In this document: one piece after another, positions 1 through 9,032 of the stretch
How positions within the stretch are numbered: position 1 is the stretch's first letter
Layout of the letters: the number at the start of each line of letters is the position of its first letter
IMG/VR virus record: IMGVR_UViG_3300010883_000251
Coordinates: 1-31,185 of that record
Strand: one strand, 5' to 3'
Origin: a virus
DNA length: 31,185 bases
The notes under the pieces: model-generated
What the model was told of the DNA's origin: nothing
The model's database searches: none
The model's input: only the letters and a program-made list of their open reading frames with translations
Position numbers and translations under genes: made by a program

Positions 1-123
1 GTTAATATTTAGAAAAACATCACCATTTTCAATCGGATCAAATCCAAGCATGACACGTTGTTCATTCAATGTCAAGACACTTGCTGGTTGAATATCTGAA
101 AGATATGAAATCGGTGGTTCATA
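1..123. repeat. Left copy of 123-bp terminal direct repeat (identical to 31063..31185)
   Basis: Bases 1-123 (gttaatatttagaaaaacatcacc...tcggtggttcata) recur exactly at 31063-31185. The repeat lies inside the portal ORF, so it is the overlap of a circular or circularly permuted assembly. Unit length is 31062 bp. Confidence 0.9.
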
Positions 124-1224
124 AATTATTTCAAGATCATCAGAATTCAAGTTCGTTTGATCTGAAATGACTTTTCTGATTTTTTTAAGGATCAACCCTT
201 CAACATCTTTGATGATCGTTCCCATCACCATTTCCCATGCGATCCGAATTTCATTTCCAGTGTTCGAAAGATTTCCACCAGAAACAATTCCAGACATTGC
301 TGGTTGCCAACGATGTGCGGTGATTATGTTTTGACTTGTCAATTTTTGAAGTTCCATGAATGAACCATCTGAATTGTCTGACAACATTGTGATGTTTGCT
401 GGTTTTGTATCACCATTTTTCACAAGAAACAAGATCTTTGAATTGTTGTTTTTTCCAGTCCATCGTGCTTGTGCATCTTTCACAAGTGCTTCGGCTTCTT
501 CTTCGCCCATGTCACCATTGATTTCAACGATCGCTGATGGCATGAAATTGTTGTCGAATTTTGTCTTGTTGTATTTTTGAAGAAGATTATCGATTGCCAA
601 CCATGAAAGTGATCCGATGAAATCTGGCATTCCATAATAGGAAAAAGTCGGTTCATAGTCTTTGAAATGTATCACCGAAACGTTTTCTTCAAATTCTGGA
701 TACATCGGAAGGATCAACTGATCTTTTCTTGTTGAATTGTAGTTTGCCCAGTCACCATGAACATAGACGTGTTTCATGTCTTTTGCAAGTCTGACTTTCG
801 TTGCGTCAATGTGATACAAATTGATTCCATTTTTATGCTTCACGATTTCAAGATATGCGTTTCCGAAACAATAATAGTCGAACATCATTTTTCCATAGAT
901 GTCACGCAATGATTCACCATTGTTGACATCGTCAACGAAAGACATCAAAGATTCACTTTGTGATTGAAATTCTTTTCCAACTGACAAGATTTTCTTTTGC
1001 CCAAGAATTGAACGATGCGTTGGCGAAAGTCTTGAAACTTCTGCAAGGTAGTTCGGAAACAAATTGTTCACACCGAATGGAATGTAAGGTGTTGCAGAAC
1101 TTGCAGTTCCAGACATTTCTTCAATTTTTTCTGGAACTGAAAGATTGATCACTTCAAATTTTGCAAATCCAGAATTCTTGACGATTCTATTGATCGTCTG
1201 ATCCAGTTTTTTCTTCTTTGACAT
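1..1224 (-). CDS. Portal protein (412 aa); ORF crosses the circular junction, with the last 4 codons and stop at 31048..31062
   Basis: Not in the ORF track because it runs off the window edge. My translation from ATG 1224 reads MSKKKKLDQTINRIVKNSGFAKFEV...YYGMPDFIGSLSWLAIDN...FDNNFMPSAIVEINGDM...SVLTLNEQRVMLGFDPIENGDVFLNIN, then KEKK-stop across the junction. The C-terminal LNExR..LGF motif and the length are typical of HK97/PBSX-type portals. An alternative internal start is ATG 1116. Confidence 0.8.
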   Translation of the reverse strand, partial: MSKKKKLDQTINRIVKNSGFAKFEVINLSVPEKIEEMSGTASSATPYIPFGVNNLFPNYLAEVSRLSPTHRSILGQKKILSVGKEFQSQSESLMSFVDDVNNGESLRDIYGKMMFDYYCFGNAYLEIVKHKNGINLYHIDATKVRLAKDMKHVYVHGDWANYNSTRKDQLILPMYPEFEENVSVIHFKDYEPTFSYYGMPDFIGSLSWLAIDNLLQKYNKTKFDNNFMPSAIVEINGDMGEEEAEALVKDAQARWTGKNNNSKILFLVKNGDTKPANITMLSDNSDGSFMELQKLTSQNIITAHRWQPAMSGIVSGGNLSNTGNEIRIAWEMVMGTIIKDVEGLILKKIRKVISDQTNLNSDDLEIIYEPPISYLSDIQPASVLTLNEQRVMLGFDPIENGDVFLNIN

Positions 1225-1396
1225 TTGATTTCTTTTTTGATGGTTTTGGTGAATTTTCTTCAATTACAAATGGACATTCTTTTTTGTGAAGTGCTTTCAA
1301 ATTCAATTGTGTCACATCTTTCGTTGTGTATTTTCGTCCATCAAATCGAAATGATTGTGATTTTGCAACGTTGTCGATCAGTTTATATTTTGCCAT
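1187..1396 (-). CDS. Hypothetical small basic protein (69 aa)
   Basis: ATG at 1396 (MAKYKLIDNVAKSQ...) sits just downstream of the terminator hairpin. The 87-aa ORF-track version starts inside that hairpin. The 3' end overlaps the portal start by 38 nt. Confidence 0.5.
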   Translation of the reverse strand: MAKYKLIDNVAKSQSFRFDGRKYTTKDVTQLNLKALHKKECPFVIEENSPKPSKKKSNVKEEKTGSDDQ

Positions 1397-1420
1397 GATT
1401 TTTTTTTTCAAAATTAGTAA

Positions 1421-1464
1421 ATTAAAAACAAAAATGGTGACACCTTGCATGAAAGTGTCACCAT
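1421..1464 (-). terminator. Rho-independent terminator after the 184-aa structural gene
   Basis: Perfect 10-bp stem ATGGTGACAC / GTGTCACCAT (1434-1443 / 1455-1464) with an 11-nt loop. On the minus strand it is followed by TTTTTGTTTTT. The plus strand has only T4. Confidence 0.75.
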
Positions 1465-1509
1465 TTTGATGTTCATATCTTCATGAACTGCATGAATAAG
1501 TGTTTCCGA

Positions 1510-2064
1510 TTAAGGTGTCACTGGAATTGTCAACGTTGTCACGTCACGTGGATATTCTCCTTGTTGTGTCGTCAACGTGATCAAAGTTCCATTTGCAGTT
1601 TGAAGTCCAGTTCCAGTTCCTTGTTCACCAGATGTGAATTCCATGTATGCAGTTTCTTCAAAAATTTCATCCCATCCAAGAACGAATTTATACGTCACCG
1701 CTGGTGAAGCACAATCGTCTGCATAAGTTTCAATGATTGCAGTGATTCCACAACTTGTCGCCAACATCATCAAATCTTCATTGACAACACCAGTGATTTT
1801 TGGAATGTAAAATTCAAGCGAAACATCCATCAAAGTTGATCCATTTTCACGTGTTGCATTTGATGTGAAACCAGCCGTTCCACGTTCAAATTCCCACACC
1901 CAGAAGTAGTCACCAGCAGCAACCATTGTCACCGCAGTATAGTCGTGATCAGATCCAGCAGTGAATGAAGCAATTTTGTCAGTATCAACCAACCAGATTT
2001 TTTTTATTCCACCACGTCTGTTTCTATCGCAACAAATAACGTCATGCCCTCTTGTAATACCCAT
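1510..2064 (-). CDS. Virion structural protein candidate (184 aa), possibly major tail tube or capsid-associated
   Basis: Lies directly after the capsid gene and is followed by a strong terminator. The sequence looks beta-rich (GGIKKIWLVDTDKIASFT..., FYIPKITG..., LITLTTQQG). The function is inferred from position only. Confidence 0.3.
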   Translation of the reverse strand: MGITRGHDVICCDRNRRGGIKKIWLVDTDKIASFTAGSDHDYTAVTMVAAGDYFWVWEFERGTAGFTSNATRENGSTLMDVSLEFYIPKITGVVNEDLMMLATSCGITAIIETYADDCASPAVTYKFVLGWDEIFEETAYMEFTSGEQGTGTGLQTANGTLITLTTQQGEYPRDVTTLTIPVTP

Positions 2065-2099
2065 AATTTTTTATTTTTTATTTTAATATTTCCAGTTAA

Positions 2100-3080
2100 T
2101 TAGTAGCCAATTTGAACAAGTGAATCATGTAAAAATTGAACACCTAATTTGAAATAAGCACGAACATAAACTTTTTCAGTTAAGTCATCATAGAACATTT
2201 TCATTTCACCTTCTGGATCATTTGTGTCAGTTCCAACTGCAAGATTTTGTTTAGCAACATAAGCAATTCTAACATTGTCAGTGATCAACCTTTGTGTCAT
2301 TGCAGTTTCCCAGATATACATCGGAATGATTTCAACCCCTCTGAAATATACTTTCACTGATCCATCAACTAATTGTGAAAACCCTTCTGCATTTCCTAAA
2401 GATTCAAGACTTGTCAAATAGTCATCATAAACTAATCTTGAAACATAAAATGCTTTTTCATTATTTGCAACACCTTGCAAAGCCGCTGGTGCTTGTGTCC
2501 ACATTTTACGAAGTGCAAGAATTCCATCACCAGTTGCGAATGCACCAGAATTTGCGATTGCAACTTTTCTTGCATCAACCGCAGTTGAAGCGATGAAATA
2601 TTTCCACCATCCATCAGTTGAATTGTAACATGCAGCATTTGATCCACTTTCAGTTGTATCACCGAACCAAGCCAATTTGACAACATCTTCTGAAATTCCG
2701 TTTCTTACATTTTGCAAGATTGTGTCTGCAAGTTCAGTTCCTTGAAGATCAAAGACATTGATTCCATTTCTGAAAGATTCTTCAAGATAAGTTCCGAAGA
2801 ACGCATCTTGACATTGTGAAACCGCCACACGCATTCTTCCAGCAGTGATCGTTTTGTCATTCACATTGAAATCACCACTTTCTGCACCACCGCATCCATC
2901 GTATTTTTGAACGATGCAACCAAGTGCGTCCGCAGTGTATAAATTCATTACATGTTTTACATTCGGAATCACTCTGAATTGCATTAAGTCAGAATCTCTG
3001 AATATCGGTTCAAGAAATAACGTGCTAAAATTCGCACCGCTATAAGTTGCCGAAATGTTGTCAAGTGCTACATTTGCCAT
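2100..3080 (-). CDS. Major capsid protein (326 aa)
   Basis: Immediately downstream of the protease-scaffold gene, with typical size and position for an HK97-fold capsid protein. No diagnostic motif could be verified by eye. Confidence 0.65.
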   Translation of the reverse strand: MANVALDNISATYSGANFSTLFLEPIFRDSDLMQFRVIPNVKHVMNLYTADALGCIVQKYDGCGGAESGDFNVNDKTITAGRMRVAVSQCQDAFFGTYLEESFRNGINVFDLQGTELADTILQNVRNGISEDVVKLAWFGDTTESGSNAACYNSTDGWWKYFIASTAVDARKVAIANSGAFATGDGILALRKMWTQAPAALQGVANNEKAFYVSRLVYDDYLTSLESLGNAEGFSQLVDGSVKVYFRGVEIIPMYIWETAMTQRLITDNVRIAYVAKQNLAVGTDTNDPEGEMKMFYDDLTEKVYVRAYFKLGVQFLHDSLVQIGY

Positions 3081-3124
3081 AATTATTGATTTTTTTTGTT
3101 ATTGATTAAGTTTAATTTGATTTT

Positions 3125-4207
3125 TTATTGTCCACCGCTTTTTCTTTGCAACCCCTTCAACATTGCATTGTAAAAAGTAGCATTTGCATCCACAACTTTT
3201 TCAGTTCCGATGTTTGGATCATGTGATGCTTTCACATCAACTTTTGTTGCTTTCATTTTTGAAATATCATTTTCAAGATTTTCAATTGTATCGATTGCAG
3301 TTGCTAATTCACCAGACTTGTCTGCAATTTCTTTTTCTGCATTTTCAACAAGATCTTCAGTCATTCCAACTTTTTCTTTCAATTCATTGATTGTGTTTTC
3401 CATTGCATCAACACGATCTTTCAATTCTTCATAAGTCAAAGCCCAGTCAACATCTTCGGCTGGTTCATCACCATCGTGACCTTCTTCATGTTCATTGATT
3501 ATGTTTTCATTTCTGAAAAGTTCTTTGATCTTGTTCAAGATTCCTTTTTCTTCGATTACTTCTGCAACATTTTCTTTTTTTGCCATTTTAGTTTCTGTAT
3601 ATTTATTGATTAAAGTTGAATTGATTTGTTCTTGTGATATATTGTTGAATTTTGAAATGTCATAATTGTTCACGATTTCAACTGAATCACCGATTGCATT
3701 TGCAAATCCGATTTCAAGTGTTTCTTCAGCATTGAACCACGTTTCCGCAGACATCAGACCGATCAGTGTGTTGTGATCTTCGCTTGTTTTGCTTGAATAG
3801 ATCGATGCTATTTCATCACGTATCTTGTCAAGCACGTTTGCAGTTTTTCGAAGTTCATCAGCATCACCACCAGCCATTGTGAACGGATTGTGAATCATAA
3901 ACAATGAATTTTTTGACATTTCAATTGTATCACCAGCCATTGCGATCACTGATGCAATGGATGCTGCAATTCCTTCAACAATTGTTGTGACTTTTCCTTT
4001 GTGTGATTTTAGTGCATTATATATTGCAAGACCATCAAAGACCGAACCACCAAGTGAATTGATGTGAACATTCAGATCTTTTCCCTTTACTTCTTTCAAT
4101 TCATCAATGAAAGATTTTGCGTTGACATCAAATCCACCAATTTCAGAATATATCCAGATGTCCGCAGTTCCTTTTGCTTTGTTGTTTATTTCGAACCAGT
4201 TTTTCAT
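3125..4207 (-). CDS. Prohead protease (ClpP/S14-like) fused to a C-terminal coiled-coil scaffolding domain (360 aa)
   Basis: N-terminal half has INSLGGSVFDGLAIYNAL, GIAASIASVIAMAG (Ser motif) and MIHNP (His motif), typical of ClpP-type head maturation proteases. The C-terminal 150 aa are acidic, heptad-like and coiled-coil. Confidence 0.85.
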   Translation of the reverse strand: MKNWFEINNKAKGTADIWIYSEIGGFDVNAKSFIDELKEVKGKDLNVHINSLGGSVFDGLAIYNALKSHKGKVTTIVEGIAASIASVIAMAGDTIEMSKNSLFMIHNPFTMAGGDADELRKTANVLDKIRDEIASIYSSKTSEDHNTLIGLMSAETWFNAEETLEIGFANAIGDSVEIVNNYDISKFNNISQEQINSTLINKYTETKMAKKENVAEVIEEKGILNKIKELFRNENIINEHEEGHDGDEPAEDVDWALTYEELKDRVDAMENTINELKEKVGMTEDLVENAEKEIADKSGELATAIDTIENLENDISKMKATKVDVKASHDPNIGTEKVVDANATFYNAMLKGLQRKSGGQ

Positions 4208-4212
4208 TGTTG

Positions 4213-4220
4213 CAAAAATA
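4213..4220 (-). promoter_or_regulatory. Bacteroidota-type -7 box TATTTTTG abutting the protease start codon
   Basis: The minus strand reads TATTTTTGCAACAATG, a perfect TAnnTTTG match only 5 nt before ATG 4207. Confidence 0.4.
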
Positions 4221-4258
4221 GAAACATTGAATTTCTTATCTTCGAAATTTTTGGAACT

Positions 4259-4594
4259 TTATTTTCTGCGAATTTTTTTCTTGATGTTGGAATCTTTTTT
4301 GAACTTGTTTCTGTATTTATAGACAACACCTTGAACTTGACGATCAGACAATTCATAAATGATTGAAAGATCCATGAAAGTGTGTGTGACATGTCCTTCA
4401 TTTTGAACAAGAATCCGATCGAATTCTTTTATGATCAAATAGTTTCGCAATCTTGTCGGTTCGATCACACCTTTTTCAATTAGATGATAGACAATGTCTT
4501 TCGGTGTTGCATATTCACCGAATCGAACTTGAATTTCATTCCATACCAATTCAATGAAATTTTCAACGTGATCAATGTCGTTCGGTTTAGACAT
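4259..4594 (-). CDS. Putative HTH transcriptional activator, Mor/C-like (111 aa)
   Basis: C-terminal RLRNYLIIKEFDRIL...FMDLSIIYELSDRQVQGVVYKYRNK resembles the Mor-family pattern R..I..eF...n...La..Y.lS.r.vy.Ii...r. This is a weak by-eye match. Confidence 0.35.
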   Translation of the reverse strand: MSKPNDIDHVENFIELVWNEIQVRFGEYATPKDIVYHLIEKGVIEPTRLRNYLIIKEFDRILVQNEGHVTHTFMDLSIIYELSDRQVQGVVYKYRNKFKKDSNIKKKIRRK

Positions 4595-4889
4595 GTGACC
4601 AGTGACTTTTCAATTCGACCATTTTATTCAATACATTTGTGACGCAACCACCACAACCGAAAATGTTTTTTCCGACTTTTGAATCAATATATTTGTTGAA
4701 AAATGGCAACAATGCAAGTGCGTCTTGTTTGTTATACATAAAGCGACCACGTGCATCTTTTCGAATTTTTTTCATTGCATCGTCAATTGACATTTGATCT
4801 TCATGTGAAACTTTTTCTGCAATATCTTTCATATTGTTTTTTTTTAGTTCTTCAAAAATACGTTCCTTTTTTATTGATCCGATGAACAT
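4587..4889 (-). CDS. Hypothetical protein (100 aa)
   Basis: The ORF-track version (to 4952) starts at GTG inside the upstream gene. ATG 4889 (MFIGSIKKE...) follows an A-rich leader. It contains FGCGGC near the C-terminus. Confidence 0.45.
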   Translation of the reverse strand: MFIGSIKKERIFEELKKNNMKDIAEKVSHEDQMSIDDAMKKIRKDARGRFMYNKQDALALLPFFNKYIDSKVGKNIFGCGGCVTNVLNKMVELKSHWSHV

Positions 4890-4923
4890 CAAATTTCTTT
4901 TTTTAACAAGTTGTTGTTTATTG

Positions 4924-5121
4924 TTACCATTTGCCGATCGGACATTCACCACCCATTTCTTTTGACATCAATGTCTTTGCTTTCAAATTGCATTTGCAAA
5001 TTGAACAAGATTCCGCATTGAAAATTCGCAAGAATTTCTTGTTTATATTTTCGCATTTTCTACAAATTTTTAGTCTGTTTTTTATCGTTTCTTCGTTTTC
5101 TGTAAATTTCATTTTAAGCAT
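4924..5121 (-). CDS. Small Cys-rich zinc-ribbon-like protein (65 aa)
   Basis: Cysteine pattern CRKC...CSICKC...ECP. It is the first gene after a 156-bp intergenic region carrying a promoter-like element. Confidence 0.5.
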   Translation of the reverse strand: MLKMKFTENEETIKNRLKICRKCENINKKFLRIFNAESCSICKCNLKAKTLMSKEMGGECPIGKW

Positions 5122-5171
5122 GTTTTTAGTTGATTTAAGCGACTTTCACTGGTTTGGCATATACTAACATT

Positions 5172-5201
5172 CAAAACTTCTGTTCATTGAATAGCATCAA
5201 A
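5172..5201 (-). promoter_or_regulatory. Putative promoter (TTTG-N18-AAGTTTTG), a diverged relative of the repeated early promoter element
   Basis: The minus strand reads TGATTTGATGCTATTCAATGAACAGAAGTTTTGAATG. Upstream, GAAAAATAAAAAAAACTTTCA resembles the distal part of elements a, c and d. Confidence 0.3.
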
Positions 5202-5277
5202 TCACTAGAGAACAAAAAGTGAAAGTTTTTTTTATTTTTCTGATTGCAAATCATTTCAATTTTTCTATTTTTTACCA

Positions 5278-8200
5278 TTAAAAAGTCGCTTGTGCTTCAA
5301 TATTTTTGACCACTAATTGTGTCGAAGTCACGTCAGATTCTACAAGGAAAACTTTTTGATCAACACGTTCGTTCACTGCATTTGACATTGCAAGTGATTG
5401 TGTTTCCATCATATCAGTTGCCATCACCATCCCACCATCAGCGAATTTTCTTCCACCACCAGCGACATTCATTTGCGACAACATCGGCTTGAACATTGCA
5501 GTTGACTTTTTGTTGATCACCGCTTCACCACCTTCAAGTTCAACAACACGTCCACCCACTGCAAATTTTTCACCACCATTCGCATGTGATTTTCCATTGA
5601 CCATTCCACCAGTTTGAAAAAATGAATCATCCATCACACCACCAAGTTCCGCAGTTGGCGGTGCTTGTGCGTTTATTGAAGCAACTTGAATTCCAGTCAT
5701 TGCAACTTGTGCCGCAGTCAAAATTGATTTGATGATCGCATCAGCAAGTGGATTTCCAGTGATGTTTCCAGCCCAGATCGTCATGATTGCCATTGCACCA
5801 GACATGATCGCTTGTGCTTTCATCATTTTTTTGTCACGATCAAATTGTGCAACTTTCAATGCAAGAATTTTTGCATCATGTTTCTTTGTGATCTTTTCTT
5901 CCATCTTCGCTTGATCTTCAGAACTTGCGATTTTGTATTCTTGTGTTTCACGAATTGCTTTCAATTCAGTTTCCTTCGCACCTTCAATTCCTTGAATTTC
6001 AGTGTTCATTTGTTCATTCTGCAATTGTGTCACCGCAGACATGATTCCCATGACTTGACCGATCGTTGTTGAAATTGAATTGATCAAATCTTCACCAGTG
6101 AATCCTTCACCATCTTCAGATGATCCGAACAAAGTTTTTCGCATGAATCCTTCATTGCCAGTTTCAGCACCTAGATTCGAAAGATCTTTTTGATATCCAG
6201 TGATCGTTCTTTTCAAAGTGTTGATGTTGTCAACTTGTGCTTGTGTTGATGAATCAGAACTTTGAATTGTGATCAATGCAAGATCCAGTTGTGATTTTGC
6301 AATTTTCAGTGCTTGTGAAATTCGTTCTTTCGTTAATTTCGCACCAGCGTCTTCAAGTTTTTTCATTGAATCAAGTTGAAGTGTGTCCGCATCAATCACT
6401 TTGTTGATCTTTTCAATTTGATCAGCAAGTGCATCACTTGTCGGTTTCAAAGATTCTGCAATTTTTTTGTTTTGTTTGATCACCGCATCATCAACCACCA
6501 TCAAATTCTTTTTTGCAGTTTTCAATTTTGCAACTTGTTTCACAATTTGTTCATCACTTGCTTTTCCAATTGCTTTCAATGCGATCAATGACTTCAATTG
6601 TTTTTCTTCAATTGACACCGCTTCACGTAGTTTTTCATATTGTGTCAACACTTTTCCTTTTGCTTTGTCTTCTTCAACCACCGCAGTCACAAGTCCATTC
6701 ACAATTTCTTGTGCTTTTGACATTTTTCCATTTTGTTGTTCTTGAATTGCAACAATCTTTTTCTGTATTCCTTCACGTTTTGAAATTGCATCTTGATAGT
6801 CTTGTTCAAATTCAGTGTTTTGTTGTGTTCGAACACCATCACGTTTTTTGACATCAAGATTTGAAGCAATCGCATTTCCTTCTGAATCAAGCATCTGAAT
6901 TGTGCTGTTTTTTTGAAGATTGTCATTTGCCGCAATTGCTTCATTTTCTTTCATCACCGAATTTCTGATGTTAAGTTGAAGATTTTCAGCGGCTTGTGCT
7001 TTTTCCAGATCTTTCATCAGTTCAACTTCTTCTGCAACCAGTCCAAGAACTTCACCTTTTGCAAGGTCAAGAATATATTTTGCCTTTATATTGTCAACCG
7101 CTGATTTGTATGCTGCGGCAAGTTCAGTTGTCAGTTTCTTTTCATTGTCAAGATTTGTGATGTTAGTTCCAGCAATTGCATTCAAGTTCTTCACCGCAGT
7201 CATTCGATCTTCACGTGACTTTGTTTCATCTTTTATTGAAGCGATCAATGATTTCACATTTGCAAGTTCATCAACTTGTGTCTTTTCAAGATTCTTTTGA
7301 AGTGTTGACATTCTTTCAGTTTCCTTGTTTATCTTTTCAAGTCCTTTTGCTGAATCTTCAGTTTCATCAGACATTGTTGAAAATAAAGCAACACCAGCCG
7401 CCAATGCACCGACAAGAAGTCCAACTGGATTCGCTTTGATTGCTATATTCAACAACTTCATTGCACGTGTTAAACCTTTGACACCGCCACTTGTAGCAAC
7501 TGCGACAATTCGCATTGCAGTTGTTGCGATTGACCACAATCTTGTTGCAACACTTGCAGCGATCACGACAACTTTGTATGCTACGAATCCAGCGGTCAAA
7601 GAAACAATGACTGGTGAAACCGCTTTCAATACACCGAATAGTGACATCAAAACTTCCATAATTACAGACAAGACTGGTTGCAAATTGTCAGTCAATTCAA
7701 GTGCGAATCCTTCCGCTGAACTTTTCACTTCATCAATTTGTCCTTTCAATGAATCACGCATGACATCGGCAAATCTTTTCGTTGTGCCTTGTGCATTTTG
7801 AAGTTTTTCAGACATTTCAGTGATTGATTCTGATCCAGACAACATTGAAGCGAATGCAGTCACCGATCTTTTGTCAGTGATGTCAAGCATTCCAGCAACA
7901 TCAATTCCACTTGCAACCAGTTCATTCATTGCTGGAACTAATTCATCAACCGAAGTGATGTTTCTTCCAAGTGATTTCGCAAGATCACCAGTCGGATCAG
8001 CAAGTTTCAAGAATATATTTTTCAAAGACGTTCCAGCGGTTGAAGCATCAAGACCAGCATTCGTCAAAGTTCCAAGAATTGCAGTTGTGTCTTCAAGTGT
8101 GAATCCGAGTGCTTGTGCAACTGGTGCTGATTTTGCCATTGCAGTTTCAAATTTCGCAAGATCAAGTGATGAATTTGCGAATGCAGTTGCCATCACATCA

Positions 8201-9030
8201 GTGACACGTGTTGCTTCACTAGAATCAAGATTGAATTGTCGAAGTGTTGAACCAACCGCAGTCGCAGTCGTTCCAAGATCATCACCGAATGCGAATGCAA
8301 GATCAAGAACTGAAGATGTCATGTTTTCAATTTCAGTTGGATCAAATCCAAGTTTTGCAAGTTCCTTTTGTAGTCCAGCAACTTCACCAGCGGTGAATGC
8401 AGTTGATGATCCAAGATCTTTCGCAGACTTTTCAAGCATTGCAAGTTCAGTTGCAGTCGCACCAGAAATCACACCGACTTGTTTGATCTGGAATTCAAAG
8501 TCAACAAAAGTTCCGATGACACGTTCCAACGTTTTGAATGCTAAAATTGCAGCACCTAATTGAACACCCATTCCTTTGATCGCACCACCATAGTTTCCGA
8601 CATTCCTTTGTGATCGTCCCATTTTCGCATCCATCTTTGTCAATGCAGCGGTGTTTGTATTTATTTGACCAGATAGTTTCTGAAATGCTTTTGCATCTTT
8701 TCCAAGTGGATCAGCAAGTTTTTTCAATTGAACAACAAGTGAAGCGTTTTTCTTTGTCAAATCATTATAAGATTTTCCAGTGATTTTTGCGGCTTCAGAA
8801 ACTTTGATCAAATCATTCTTTTGACCGACCAGTCCTTTTTTCAGTGCTTTCAATTTTGTTTCTTGTTCAACAATGTTCTTTGAAAATTTTGATCCTTCAG
8901 CACCAGCGGCTTTTTGTTCGGCTTTCAGATCCTTCAATTCCTTTTGTGTCTTGTCAATTTCATCTTTGAATTTGACCATGTCTGAAGTTCCTTCAACTTT
9001 TATCGAAAGTATTGTTTCTAAATTTGCCAT
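5278..9030 (-). CDS. Tail tape measure protein (1250 aa)
   Basis: TP901-type TMP core (FEFQIKQVGVISGATATELAMLEKSAKDLGSSTAFTAGEVAGLQKELAKLGF...LDASTAGTSLKNIFLKL), central hydrophobic segments, long coiled coils and a Gly-rich C-terminus. At about 0.15 nm per residue the length suggests a tail near 190 nm. Confidence 0.9.
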   Translation of the reverse strand: MANLETILSIKVEGTSDMVKFKDEIDKTQKELKDLKAEQKAAGAEGSKFSKNIVEQETKLKALKKGLVGQKNDLIKVSEAAKITGKSYNDLTKKNASLVVQLKKLADPLGKDAKAFQKLSGQINTNTAALTKMDAKMGRSQRNVGNYGGAIKGMGVQLGAAILAFKTLERVIGTFVDFEFQIKQVGVISGATATELAMLEKSAKDLGSSTAFTAGEVAGLQKELAKLGFDPTEIENMTSSVLDLAFAFGDDLGTTATAVGSTLRQFNLDSSEATRVTDVMATAFANSSLDLAKFETAMAKSAPVAQALGFTLEDTTAILGTLTNAGLDASTAGTSLKNIFLKLADPTGDLAKSLGRNITSVDELVPAMNELVASGIDVAGMLDITDKRSVTAFASMLSGSESITEMSEKLQNAQGTTKRFADVMRDSLKGQIDEVKSSAEGFALELTDNLQPVLSVIMEVLMSLFGVLKAVSPVIVSLTAGFVAYKVVVIAASVATRLWSIATTAMRIVAVATSGGVKGLTRAMKLLNIAIKANPVGLLVGALAAGVALFSTMSDETEDSAKGLEKINKETERMSTLQKNLEKTQVDELANVKSLIASIKDETKSREDRMTAVKNLNAIAGTNITNLDNEKKLTTELAAAYKSAVDNIKAKYILDLAKGEVLGLVAEEVELMKDLEKAQAAENLQLNIRNSVMKENEAIAANDNLQKNSTIQMLDSEGNAIASNLDVKKRDGVRTQQNTEFEQDYQDAISKREGIQKKIVAIQEQQNGKMSKAQEIVNGLVTAVVEEDKAKGKVLTQYEKLREAVSIEEKQLKSLIALKAIGKASDEQIVKQVAKLKTAKKNLMVVDDAVIKQNKKIAESLKPTSDALADQIEKINKVIDADTLQLDSMKKLEDAGAKLTKERISQALKIAKSQLDLALITIQSSDSSTQAQVDNINTLKRTITGYQKDLSNLGAETGNEGFMRKTLFGSSEDGEGFTGEDLINSISTTIGQVMGIMSAVTQLQNEQMNTEIQGIEGAKETELKAIRETQEYKIASSEDQAKMEEKITKKHDAKILALKVAQFDRDKKMMKAQAIMSGAMAIMTIWAGNITGNPLADAIIKSILTAAQVAMTGIQVASINAQAPPTAELGGVMDDSFFQTGGMVNGKSHANGGEKFAVGGRVVELEGGEAVINKKSTAMFKPMLSQMNVAGGGRKFADGGMVMATDMMETQSLAMSNAVNERVDQKVFLVESDVTSTQLVVKNIEAQATF

Positions 9031-9032
9031 TT

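Noticed and set aside
1-123. Whether the terminal repeat marks true physical direct terminal repeats of the virion DNA.
   Set aside because: It lies in the middle of the portal ORF, which reads through the junction. An assembly overlap of a circular or permuted genome is the simpler explanation.
1397-1450. The 87-aa version of ORF 1187..1450 starting MQGVTIFVFNLL.
   Set aside because: Its first 18 codons run through the terminator hairpin and U-tract. The ATG at 1396, just after the terminator, is the plausible start.
5122-5277. tRNA or other structured RNA genes in the larger intergenic gaps (5122-5277, 18433-18595, 19231-19375, 26104-26396, 26817-26973).
   Set aside because: No cloverleaf-compatible stems or GTTCGAATC-like T-loop sequences were found. 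The gaps are accounted for by promoter elements and terminators.
7325-8563. Two long plus-strand ORFs (158 and 247 aa) antisense to the tape measure gene.
   Set aside because: They mirror an Ala/Ser/Thr/Gly-rich coding region whose complement happens to lack stops. The products are low-complexity (SSS, AVA runs), there are no promoter-like signals, and every supported gene is on the other strand.
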